A stretch of DNA of 64,000 bases, from positions 82,090,001-82,154,000 of the forward strand of contig NC_087437.1 of the NCBI RefSeq assembly GCF_036321535.1, given 5' to 3'. How positions within the stretch are numbered: position 1 is the first letter of the stretch; the number at the start of each line of letters is the position of its first letter. Below are positions 24,737 through 35,868 of this stretch, piece after piece. Under the pieces are notes generated by a model that was given only the letters and a program-made list of their open reading frames with translations, was not told the DNA's origin and did no database searches. The DNA is from Camelus dromedarius. Taxonomy: Eukaryota. A program made the position numbers and the translations under genes.

Positions 24737-24873
24737 TGTACATGATGGTTCAAATTTTCACTTAAATATAACTTTCCAACTATATAAATGTTTTGAAGCA
24801 ATTATGTTTTTCATTTGGATGTTTTGGTGCATCATTTTCTTTTCTTCTATTATATCTCTCTCTTTTTTCTTTT

Positions 24874-26780
24874 TTACATGGGATACAATAAATATCCTGA
24901 AAAAGAGGAATGGACGTACTGCCCAGCATACAGTCCCGCAGCCTGTTCAGAGGGCATCTGGAGGAACACGCGGTCTCCGGGCCGAAGCAGCAGCACCGCA
25001 CTCCCGGACGCCTGGTCCAGAAAGCCCTTCTTGTACTCATCGTACGTGTACATCATGGGCTCGTTGTTCTTGAACAGAGCAACCCACACGTTGCCCCCCT
25101 TGCAGTGAACATGGTATGCAAAGTAGTAGACCCCGGGGACCTCGCAGGTGAAGATGCCCGTCTGTGGGTTGTAGTTCTGTCTGCCGTTATAGAGCAGTTT
25201 GTCAAACTTCACGGGGGCCCCCACAGGTGGGAAAGGTGCAGTCAGCTCAGCAGTAAATGCAGGCATCTCGTAGGCTGGCCCTCCGTTCTTGCCTTTCTTA
25301 GCCCCATAGGCGTGGGGGGGTTTCACTCCATCAATTCCCAGCCCCATATCAGGCAGATACTCTCCATGGGGTGGTGGTGTTGGGGGCATCACAGCTGGGA
25401 GGCCTGGGGGGCCGGGAGGGCCTGGGGGCCCTGGAAGGCCAGGCTGGCCTTGGGGACCAAGGGCACCAGGCTTCCCTGGGGGGCCATGTAGTCCTGCTAC
25501 TCCAGGCTTCCCTACTCCAGGGAACCCAGGGGGGCCTGGGAGGCCCGGTTCCCCTTTGGGGCCTGGAATTCCAGGTGGTCCAATGGGACCACTCGGTCCT
25601 GCAATCCCTGGGATGCCTGGAGGGCCCTGCAAACCCTGAGCCCCCGGGATTCCTGGTTCTCCCTTCGGTCCAAGCAGCCCTGGAGCACCGGGGAGCCCTG
25701 GCAAACCTTTGTGCCCAGCTTCCCCCTTGGGCCCTATGGGACCTGGCAAACCCCTCATGCCCGGGGGCCCCACTTCACCAAGGAAACCTGGCTTTCCTGG
25801 GAAGCCTTGAAGCCCTGGCTCACCCTTGGGACCTGGTGGCCCCTGTGGCCCCACAATCCCACCTTCTCCTTTGGGTCCTGGAAAACCAATTGCACCTGGA
25901 GGGCCCATGGGACCTGGGATTCCAGGCAGGCCTGGCTCTCCTGGAGGACCCCCCATTCCAGGGGCACCTACTGGTCCTTTCTCTCCTCTTGGCCCCAGAG
26001 CCCCAGGAACACCCCCTACACCTCTGTCACCTTTGGGTCCTGGGAAGCCTGGTTTCCCAATCCCCGGAAGGCCTGGGGGTCCTGGCAGCCCTGGCAGTCC
26101 TTGCTCCCCTTTGCCACCTGGAAATCCTGGCTGGCCTGGGATCCCGTCCTGGCCTGGTTTTCCAACTCCGGGCATCCCAGGAGGTCCTTGAACTCCTGGG
26201 ACCCCAATAGGGCCTTGTGGCCCAGGTTCGCCTGGAGGGCCTGGCTTTCCCAGGGGGCCCTGGGGCCCAGGGAAGCCTGTCACTCCTGGTTTGCCCACTC
26301 CTGGAAGTCCGACAGGGCCAGGAGGGCCGTGCATCCCTGGAGGACCCTTCAGGCCTGGCAAACCTGGCATCCCAAAGCCCTTCTCTCCTTTAGGACCCTG
26401 AAGGCCTGGAGGTCCTGGTGGTCCTTTAGGTCCTCGCTCACCCTTGGCACCTGGTTGCCCTGGTAACCCTGGCCCACCTGGCTTCCCAATACCAGGAAGT
26501 CCGTGAGGCCCTGGAGGGCCTTGCGGTCCTGGGATCCCCATAGGCCCAATCTCCCCTTTGGGTCCAATTTCGCCTTTTGCCCCAGGCATTCCCATGGCTC
26601 CTGGCTTTCCTGGCATTCCAGGCATACCTGGCTTTCCAATTCCTGGATATCCCTGTGGCCCTGGTTTTCCTTTGATTCCAGGTATCCCATGACCTGGTAA
26701 ACCAGGGGGCCCAGGTGGTCCTCTTGGGCCAGGCTCTCCACGGGGACCTTGCTCCCCTCGTAAACTGGCTAATGGTATTT
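24874..26780 (-). CDS. COL8A1: COL8A1 last coding exon: end of NC2, Gly-X-Y triple helix with 8 G-X-G interruptions, C-terminal NC1/C1q domain
   Basis: Frame reads (E)[17 protein letters not shown]...[39 protein letters not shown]...[12 protein letters not shown], stop TAA at 24876-24874. Polypyrimidine tract then CAGTAG acceptor at 26786-26781. The provided ORF 24874..26625 is the part from an internal Met. Confidence 0.98.
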
Positions 26781-28205
26781 CTACTGGGAAACAGGAAAGA
26801 GAGAAAGAGGGAGGCAGGAAGAGAGGAAAAGAGAGAGGGAGAGAGATTAATACTGATTGTATTTCACTTCATTTCAATCATTATTTAGTTCCGACACATT
26901 TGTCTATCACTTAACGAGAGGAAAAACTAGGAATGATGTGTTCAGGTTTCAGGACTGTCTGTTATCAGTACTTCATGGACAATCAGCTGGTAATTTCTTC
27001 ATCATATTTGAGATACTGTTTTGAGAACTAGTATCTGCAGCTGTTTCTATCAGCGCTGGTTAAGTAAAAGAGCTAAAAAGTAATAAACATTTTTCTCTAA
27101 TACAAAACTTGGAGATAATGTGGTATGTTCACAATAAAGAATTCAAAAAAGGATAAAGAAAAGTCAAAGTTGCCTATAAACCCACTACTCAGAGATAATA
27201 GCTTAACATTTATATGTATTTCCATCTCATGTGTTCTAGGTATATATATGTTGTACACACACACATATATATAATATATACTAAAAATGAAAAATATATA
27301 GTGTGTGTATTTTAAACAATGTTGGAGTCGTTATTCATTTTTATTTTTTCTATTTTTAATGTTAGACTGCATTTTCCATGTCCTTGATTTTCTAAATATA
27401 ATTTATGACAAAATAATATTTCCTCTTGTGCTGAAATACAATGTGATGTAGAGGATGAAGGTCATTATCATGTGGATTCAGGGAAGAACAGAAGCATTTT
27501 ATTTTGTATGTGGCTTAATAACATCTTCTACATCTGTCCTCTAGAGTCAAATAGATGACTTTATTTCTTTAATATACTGTAGGATTTCCTAAGCCTCAAA
27601 TATTAATTCTTTAATAGGTTATTTCTCATTTACAAATTTGGTTTTTCAAATAGGAGATGTGAATAAGTTATTTTAGGGTGATAAGCAGTATGGATAAGAA
27701 ATTGAGCTGGGATTAGGAGCAGGAAGCTCAACTTCTCCTCCTGCCTTGAAATGAGATCTTGACTGGTCAATTAAATGTCTCACTTTAGTGGGTCACCTTC
27801 AGTGTCTCGGTTTGCCTATCTGTACAGCAAAAATAATACACCCACACTACAAGATTAGATAATAGATGTGAAAGGCCTTATGCTTTCTTGAACGGTTATT
27901 AAAATACAAAGCACATGTTATTGTAATGATTATGCTGTGCCTTGCAGAGAAATACAGCTCTGGATATTCCATGCTACTGGGAGTAATGAATGACATAAAG
28001 CAAGAAAATCTATGGTCCCAAAGTCTTATTTTAACCAGCAGTTGCCTTTTAACCCTGACCATTGTATCTTTCACTGAGCTACTGTTAGAGAACAGAATAG
28101 AACCATAGGATTCATTTTTTCCAAATTCCCCAATTGCAGTGTGGTACCCATCTGAATAAATACAGGAATTGCCAAAAGCCAGGCAGGCCATTCAAGAAAG
28201 GAAGG

Positions 28206-28313
28206 TTCATGTATAACTGAAAAATTGTGCTCTACACTGAAATTTGACACAACATTGTAAAATGACTATTACTCAATAAAAAAAAAGTTAAAAAAAAAAA
28301 AAAGAAGGAAAGA
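28206..28313 (+). mobile_element. Very short, young-looking L1 3' end with A-tail and 12-bp TSD, in the last COL8A1 intron
   Basis: gtataactgaaaaattgtgctctacactgaaatttgacacaacattgtaaaatgactattactcaataaaaaa...; AAGAAAGGAAGG at 28194-28205 and 28314-28325. Confidence 0.8.
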
Positions 28314-29169
28314 AAGAAAGGAAGGAAAACAAATGGCCAAGATAATCCCTTAAGTGGAATATCACCTGCTAAAGAGAACTGTGAATACTTCTTTTATGCT
28401 AATAGGTATTCTATGGTACTATTAAGGTGTGCTGTTTCTAAGCAGGAATTGTGTAGCTCCTATATCAAGAGAGCATTTGGCAGGGTCACATCTTATTCAG
28501 CAGGAATCCTGGTGTCTAGCATGTGCCTGGAAGATACTCTGTTCTTACTTAGGGTTTGTTGAACGACCAGCTGTAGCAACTCAAAGTTCTTATGGTGCTT
28601 TAGCATTTATTTAGTACTTTTACTTCCCTTATGTCATTGATTCTCTCAATTATCTTACTTTATAGATGAAGAAATGTACTTTCAGAGAGGTTAAATGGCT
28701 AGGTGTGTCTCACTTTTGGCCTGTAGGCATCCAGGCCTCTTAGCACCAAACCCAGTAGTTCCCCAGAGGTAGAGCTTCCTCCTTTTGCCAGAATCAGTGG
28801 GAATGATTTCTATGTCCTCAGCGGGATTGCTACTCTGATGCAGTTCCTTTCCTACAAATGCTGGGTTTCCTAGAATGCCAGATAAACCAACTGAATTTTT
28901 AAGAAAGTGTCTCTCACAGTGATAGGCACTTTGCAGGTGTTGAATAACTGATGAATATGCCTAGAAAGTAATGGAGAGAGTTTCAGTTACCATCTCTAGA
29001 TGCAGCCTGTACTCTACAGGTTCCTCTGTCAATTATTGAGAGACATATATAGCAATTCAATTAGAACAGTCTTAAAAACATTTATCTGGCATCTAGTTTG
29101 CAAAATGCTTTCATATGATATTCTTTTTAAAAAATTTTACATTTAATTAATGTTTTCTATTTTTATTTT

Positions 29170-29737
29170 TTAAATTCTAATTTTTTATTGAAGTGTAGTC
29201 AGTTTACAATGATAGTTTCAGGTGTACAGCATGATTCAGTTATACATATATATTTTTTTCCTTTTCAGATTCTTTTCCAATATGATGTTATAAGAAATTG
29301 AATATAGTTCCCTGTGCAATACAGTAGGTCCTTGTTGTTTATTTTATATATAGTAATATGTGTCTGTTAATCCCCAACCCTTAATTTATCCCATCCTGCC
29401 CTTTCCCCTTTGGTAACCATAGTTTGTTTTCTATGTCTGTGAGTCTGGTTTTGGGTTGTAAATAGGATTTTTGTATTCCATATATTAGTGATATCATATG
29501 ATATTTGTCTTTCTCTGTCTGACTTACTTCACTTAATAAATAATCTCTAAGTCCATCCATGTTGTTGCAAATGGCATTATTTCATTCTTTATATGGCTGA
29601 GTAATATTCCATTGTATATATATACTACATATTCATCTGTTGATGGACATTTAGTTTATTTCCATGTCTTGGCTATTGTGAATAGTGTTGCTATGAACAT
29701 TGGGGTACATGTGTCTTTCCAAATTATAGTTTTCTTT
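29170..29737 (-). mobile_element. L1 3' end (antisense)
   Basis: ttttattgaagtgtagtcagtttacaat ... tttcccctttggtaaccatagtttgttttctatgtctgtgagtctg ... gctatgaacattggggtacatgtgtctttcc. Confidence 0.85.
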
Positions 29738-29763
29738 AAGGCTTGAACTTTTCAAGGGTAGAG

Positions 29764-29879
29764 TTTTTTTTATGTATTTTTTTTCTTTTTTTCTTTTTAA
29801 TGGAGGTACTGGGGATTAAACCCAGGACCTCATGAATTTGCTAAGCATGCACTTTACCATAGAGCTAAACCCACCTCCC
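29764..29879 (-). mobile_element. Short tRNA-derived SINE (camelid-like) with A-rich tail
   Basis: Minus strand GGGAGGTGGGTTTAGCTCTATGGTAAAGTGCATGCTTAGC...GAGGTCCTGGGTTTAATCCCCAGTACCTCCATTAAAAA has degenerate Pol III A and B boxes plus an A-tail. Confidence 0.8.
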
Positions 29880-30165
29880 TTGAATTTATTATTCTTTTAT
29901 TTTGATCTTTTTATTGTGGTGAAATACACATAACAAAATTTAACATTTCCATCATTTTTAAGCATATAATTTAGTGGCATGGAGTACATTCATATTACTG
30001 GGTAATCATCACTACTAAGGGATAGAGTTTTGAATATAGTAGGCATTTCATGAATGTCAGTCACACACGCTAAAATAAAATAAGATTTAGCACCACCACC
30101 CCAATCTCATAGTTTAGGATTTTGGAAAGCTGCTGTTTTATAACAACACCAGAGTATGACGTTAC

Positions 30166-30493
30166 CTTTGCCTTTCTTAGGTGCTGCTTCCTTGCCCATT
30201 CTTGGCGCCGGCTGAATTTCCTTCATATATTGGGGTAGATGTGGATACTCCTTGCCGTACTGCATGTGGGGCAGCTCCTTGCCCACGTTAAGGCCATCTT
30301 TGACCAGAGGCATATGAGGTACTTGCTGGCCCAGGGGCTGGTACTGTGGAATTTGCGGTGGGATCTGAGGAGGGATTTGAGGTGGCAGCGGCTTGATTCC
30401 ATAGTAGGCACCAGCTTGGGTGAGCCTGACGGAGCCCAGGGAAATGATGAGCAGCACCCCCAGCAGCTTCAGAGGCGCCGGCGGCACAGCCAT
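30166..30493 (-). CDS. COL8A1: COL8A1 first coding exon: signal peptide and NC2 domain (exon begins at 30496)
   Basis: MAVPPAPLKLLGVLLIISLGSVRLTQAGAYYGIKPLPPQIPPQ...KEAAPKKGK. Acceptor CCATAG|GTGATGG and donor AAAG|GTAAC (phase 1). 328 + 1907 nt = 2235 nt = 744 aa plus stop, the known COL8A1 length. Confidence 0.97.
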
Positions 30494-30719
30494 CACCTAT
30501 GGAGGAAAGCATGCACCAACACGGTGAAAACCAGCAGGCAAGTGACCGGGGTTTACCAAGAGAAAGAAGGAAGGAAAAAGAAAAGGAAACAGAGTCTGTA
30601 TCAGCAGAACTTCATGAGCAGAAGACAAATGGAAAGGAATGTGTTATTTTTCAATAGAAAACAAAGAGATGAAAACCAGGCAAGAGTAGGCTCTGTCCAA
30701 TGAAGGCAATTGGTGGGAT

Positions 30720-31200
30720 TGTAAGCTACGGGACGGACTGCTAGTTGTCCCTGAATGTAAATTCTGCCCTCTCTCATTGTGTTGCAACCCCTGAATTTCT
30801 GCTGGAACAGAGCAAGCCTAGAATGAAGACATTTCAGCTAGATGTGGCCATGTGACAAAGTTCTGGCCAATTGGATGTAGCTGTAACGGGTACAACTTTC
30901 CATTATTTAGAAGGATCCTAAAGAGGAGTGGGCATGTTCTTTCTCTTCCTCCTTCCTGCTGGCTGGAATGTGGATATATTGGACAGGAAATGGACCAGAC
31001 ACCATGGGCCATGAAGTGAAAGTTGTGCATTGAGGATGGTAGAGCAACGTACTAGAAGAAATCTAAGCCTTGGTTGAACTTGGAGGCGCCATATATTAAT
31101 CTTTAAGTTTGGAATTTGTTTATGCAAGAGAGATTTATCTTCTTTAAATCACTGTTATTTGGGGTGCCACACATTTGCACTAAATTTAATCCTAACAGAA
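30720..31200 (+). mobile_element. Old MLT1 (MLT1J-like) LTR
   Basis: agctagatgtggccatgtgacaaagttctggccaat ... cctgctggctggaatgtgga ... aatttaatcctaac. Confidence 0.65.
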
Positions 31201-31830
31201 TAGATTCTCCAAAAGGAAGCAAACTTGGCAGCAAGTCAGGCTTTGTTAGCTAGTGCCAAAATTCTATTCTAAATGGAAACAGTTAATAATTTATAGTCTT
31301 TATGCCAGGGGCAGAAAGTTTTCATATGTCACATGCCCTTCGGCTGCTTTGGTGTGGTCAAAAACAAGTGTAAAGTTGAAAGAGCAAACAATAACAACAA
31401 TAAAAACAGAAAAACTCTTCTGAATTGGTAAAAAGGTACTTCATGTGACAGTCCCAAAATGTCATTCAAAAAAATCACCCTGATAATTAAGCACATACAG
31501 GGATGCCATTTACTTCTTTTAATTAAATACTATGAAGTCATTTGTTTAGAATTTGGCTAATTGGATCTGGGTCCATTAAGTTTATCTTTGTATTATGAAA
31601 GAAAGGAGTTTACAAAGCAAATTAGTTGTATAAATAAGATAAAGATGTGTAAGTACTCACAAGAATAAACTGTTTTTGAGCCTTTTAACAGAATCGTTTG
31701 CAAATTAGCAACTAATAAAATAAATATAAATGAGACTTATCTGTTTATAAAAACCATCTTGAAAAAACGTCTATTTGGAAATGCCCAGGGCTGACGACCA
31801 AACAGCCCAGGGAGCTGCATGGATCACAGA

Positions 31831-31850
31831 TCCCCACTAGAGGGCAAGTG
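31831..31850 (+). promoter_or_regulatory. Candidate CTCF site
   Basis: CCACTAGAGGGCA (31834-31846) fits the CCAC(C/T)AG(A/G)(G/T)GGC core, with CTGCA upstream at 31815-31819. Confidence 0.5.
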
Positions 31851-34800
31851 TGGTACACATCAAAGTCCGCTCAGTTACTCTCTGGTACTAACACCACATA
31901 CAAGGCTCTTATATGCTATGAAAGGACTTAATCCGAATCCAAAGTAGACTGTCATCATAATGCTGGAGAGGGAGGGAAGAAGGGAGGGAAATAGAGCGAG
32001 ATGGGGAGAGAGGGGGTAGGTGAAAGAGAACAAGCGAAAGTGCAGGTTTCTCACAATATTTAATATAAATGTCTTCTGCAAAACTCTGAATAAATTTCTG
32101 TCTACAAATAATTGAATTTCCGTTCTCTTGAGAGTCTGTTTTCTTTGCTTCTGCCTTACTTAATTGTGGATCATAGTTTTCCACTTCTTAGAAAATGTAC
32201 ATTGACTTTGCAACATCCTATTCAAGAATAATGCCAAGAGTGAACAGGCTACAGAAGAACTGGTTAATAAAAAGCACCTAAGAAAATATTTAATAAGAAT
32301 CTCCACTATGAAATTAATTGCATTATAAGTTTTCTAAATATACTAACTTATCATTTTTCCCCCTTTGGGAAGAAAAATCAAACATCTGTCAGGAAAATAG
32401 GACTTTCTCTATTTCATAAATAAGATTTATAAAACTTTCTCCATTTCATAAATCAGAAGAGTCTTCAAGAACTGTTTCAAGTGTACTCTAAATGGGAAGA
32501 GATAGAAAGTGGTTACTTTATGTCCTTATAAGAATAATTAATTGTTATAAACCATTTGGAAAGAGCCACAAAATTAATACTGATTTATACTCAATAATCA
32601 AATTTATTTTAGATAGAAAAAGAACATCTGTTGTAAGTATTCAATAATGATCTATTTGTTGTAAGTACTCAATAGTGATTTACTGAGTACTTACCAGACC
32701 CATTAGTGCACCTGCTCAGGGATTACAAAGATGAACATAATATGGTCCATGGGTCCTGCGCTCAAGGAGCTTATACTTTTTCAGTAGGAGTGACAGATGT
32801 GTAAACTATGGATGAGCAGCAAAGGATATGGGGGAAAAGTAAATTTCCCTCCCACTTCCATTCTTTAGTATCTAAAATCCCTTCTCTTCGAAGCAACAAC
32901 ATTTCCCATTTCCCTCATATTTTCCCAGGGATATTCTATGAATATGCACATAGAATACACACCCATTTAAGACACAAATTATGCACCACTATTCCTTTTT
33001 TTCCATTCAGAAGATCGGAACTTGAGACCTTCTTTCTCAGCTTAGTTTTGTGTATTTGAGTAGATCCCTTCAACTCCTTCATGTGTTAGACCCGACTCAG
33101 TTGCTCTCTAAGTCCCATCTGGCTCTAACAAGCAGTGTCTAAGGCACTCACCTGAGAGCTGACCTGGTAATCCATACTAGAAATGCATGGTGATATCTTG
33201 TCATGTGTAGCCTGGGACTGAATTCTACCTTTGGGGATTAATGAGTTGAATTATTAAAGCCTAACCTTAGGGTGACATCTTTAATAATAAGCTCGCATGC
33301 TTAGTCCTTCACCCTTCTATCAATTCAGTGGATGTGCTGGATTATAGTTAATACTCTTCAAACCAGGACAATCTAACGAAATCCTGGAAAACGGGAAGGA
33401 GGCGAAATGCCTGGAAGAAGACCAGCCGCATACCAAAGGCCCAGTGGGACTCGGCTCTACTACAATTATTTCCTCTCATAGGCCTGGCCTTTCTCTCCTG
33501 AAAACCGCCTCCTTTGGTCGGCCGTCTGCCGTTTCTCTGGTTCTTTACTTGACTAAACTTCGTTCAGTTTTAGCTTGAATGTTTATACAGGGGCCCTGGT
33601 TAGAATTTACCACTTGACTTATCCTTACTCATTTCCCTCTTGTCTCTGAGGATCTTTTTGGTGGTCAAAGTGGTGCGGTGGTTCTCCCCAAATCACTCAA
33701 AAGAACATTGGATTTATGTAATGCTATACAAACACCTGGCGGGGAAAAGCAGCCTCAGAATTCCTGCTGGGAGGAAATGGTGGTAGTAAGTTTTCCTGCC
33801 TCTTTTTTCTTTTTCTGAGGCTAGAGAACACAATAATGCTGCGAGCACTATTTGATGGTTTTGGTTTTTTTTTTTAATTTTGTCTTTGATAACTGGTTGT
33901 GTGTGTCTGCACACTTAGGTACACAGGAACATAAACATACATAATGTGTGTGGACCCTGGATCTTTGCCAGTGAGGCCAGCTTAGTGATGGGTGTCCTGT
34001 CATATGGGAAGAAGAAGCCACAAGTTCAGGAGTTGAGCTGTAACTCTGCCATTCTCCACGTCCATGACCTTGGGCAAGTCCCTTGTCTCCACTGAGCCTC
34101 AGTCTCCTTACCTCTAAAATAGAAACTATAATCTCTGCCTCCCTCACAGCGCTGTTCAAGGGCACAGATGATACTGCAAACGTGTCAGCTGAAAAGCACC
34201 ATTCAGATTTAACTTATTATTAATGGAGTGTGACCAAAAAGACAAATCAAAACCAACTGAAATGTCAAAGACTTTCAAAGAAGGATATGAGCCAAAGTAA
34301 ATGTGAGGTTAACTGCAATAATGATAAACCTAACATGAATAAAACAATAATGGCCATTAAAATGTGCTTGTTAAAAATGGCAAGAAGGAACAGATGAACC
34401 ACGGCAATAATTCATTCTGGTGTCAGGGTCGCCAGCCCTCATCGTTTTGAACTGACCTAAATGGTTCCCTGTATTTGGGCAGGGCTACAGAGAGTTTCAG
34501 TTTCCTCACGTGACCTGTAATGTATATAACAGAACAACTTGATATATATTATTTTAGACGCTCCTCAGCATTTTATTTGTACATTGATCCTCATGAGATT
34601 TTGGCTTGCTGTCCAAAAGAATGTTTAAGTATTTAAACCTTCGATCCTTGCCCTAAATCCAACTTTCCCTTTCACAAGGGGCTAATACAGGATGTCTGTG
34701 TTTGTGTATGTGTGTGCATGTGTGTCCATGTTGTATGTGGTGTGGCCAAGCCTCTCTCATCTGCTCCCGGGCAGCCCTCCTCTGTGTGCCTTACTTGCCC

Positions 34801-35484
34801 CCTTGCACAAGGTTTGTAGTTTCTCAGGGCTTGAGATTCACCACACCTGAAGCAAGGGAAAGGAGAATCTTACCACTCCAACATTCACCATAATTATCTT
34901 CTTGGCTTTTCCATGCCTCTGAAACAAAATTCTCTCCTGACTGATTGCATTTCTCAGGGCAGTCCATTCACTGGATATAGATGTCTACGAAGCACCTACT
35001 AATTGCTACAAACTGTTCTGGGTTATTGGAGGGAGAGTGGTGAATTAGAGAAGTGAGTCCCTGGTCTTGTTGAACTCTCGTTCTAGTGTGGGGAGACATG
35101 CAATCATCAAGTTAAAAATAAATTTTATAATTTCAGACTTAGTGCTATGAAGAAAGCAAAGCAGGGGAAAGGGTTTGATTTGAGAATGGCTTGGGATGGA
35201 AAATGCTGTTTTGGAAGAGAGGGGAACATCTGTGAGGAAGTAAATTTTGGTTAGAGGTGTAAAGGTTGAGAGGTTTATTGCTATTAAGACACAATACTGA
35301 AAAAAGGGAATCTTATTAGTTACAGTGGGAGCTGTATGCACTGTTCACTACTATAAACCTCTGTTGCAAAACAAAAAATTTATTCCTCATCTAGGCCAGT
35401 CCTCATTTTGACCTCTTTATTTATGGTATTCTTTTTTTCTGGAGGACTCTTCTTTTTTAATCTCTCTCCAGATTTCACCCCTAC

Positions 35485-35868
35485 TGTATTGGTTTGCTAG
35501 GGTTGCAATAACAAAGTCCCTCAGGCTGGGTGGCTCAAACAACAGAAATTTATTTCCTCACAATTCTGGAGGCTAGAAGTCCAAGATAAAAGTGTTGGCA
35601 GGGTGAGTTTCTTCTTGGGCTCTCTCCTTGGCCTGTAGACGGCTGTCTACACTCTGAATCTTCACAGGGTCTTCCCTATGTGTCTGTGTCCTAATCTCCT
35701 CTTCTCATGAGGACACCAGTCATACTGGATGAGGGCCTACCCTAGTGACCTCATTTTAACTTATTACCTCTTTAACGATCCTATCTCCAAATTCAGTCAC
35801 ATTCTGAAGTGCTGGGAATTAGGACTTCAACATAAGATTTTGCGGGGGACACAACTCGGCCCATAACA
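35485..35868 (-). mobile_element. Near full-length MLT1 (MLT1A-C-like) solo LTR
   Basis: TG...CA termini, flanks cctac / gctac (4/5 TSD), and aacaacagaaatttatttcctcacaattctggaggctagaagtccaaga. Confidence 0.85.

Larger units (their letters stand above)
22115..24873 (-). other. COL8A1: COL8A1 3' UTR, long form (~2.75 kb; 3' end inferred)
   Basis: Follows the stop codon, AT-rich, with no interspersed repeat I can recognise until an MLT1 fragment ending near 22040. ATTAAA at 22138-22133 is preceded by UGUA and followed by U-rich sequence. Confidence 0.65.

Noticed and set aside
24780..26741. Many long antisense and alternative-frame ORFs (for example 279, 251 and 193 aa) overlapping the collagen exon
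   Set aside because: Expected shadows of GC-rich Gly-Pro codon repeats that lack stops in other frames; the antisense GP-rich peptide arises from GGN/CCN codon complementarity.
29795..29879. tRNA gene
   Set aside because: Degenerate A/B boxes, an A-rich tail and no clean cloverleaf indicate a SINE.
30107..30703. ORF extension past 30166 (GNVILWCC...) and the overlapping plus-strand 154-aa ORF
   Set aside because: Intron read-through beyond the GT donor, and an antisense shadow of the exon.
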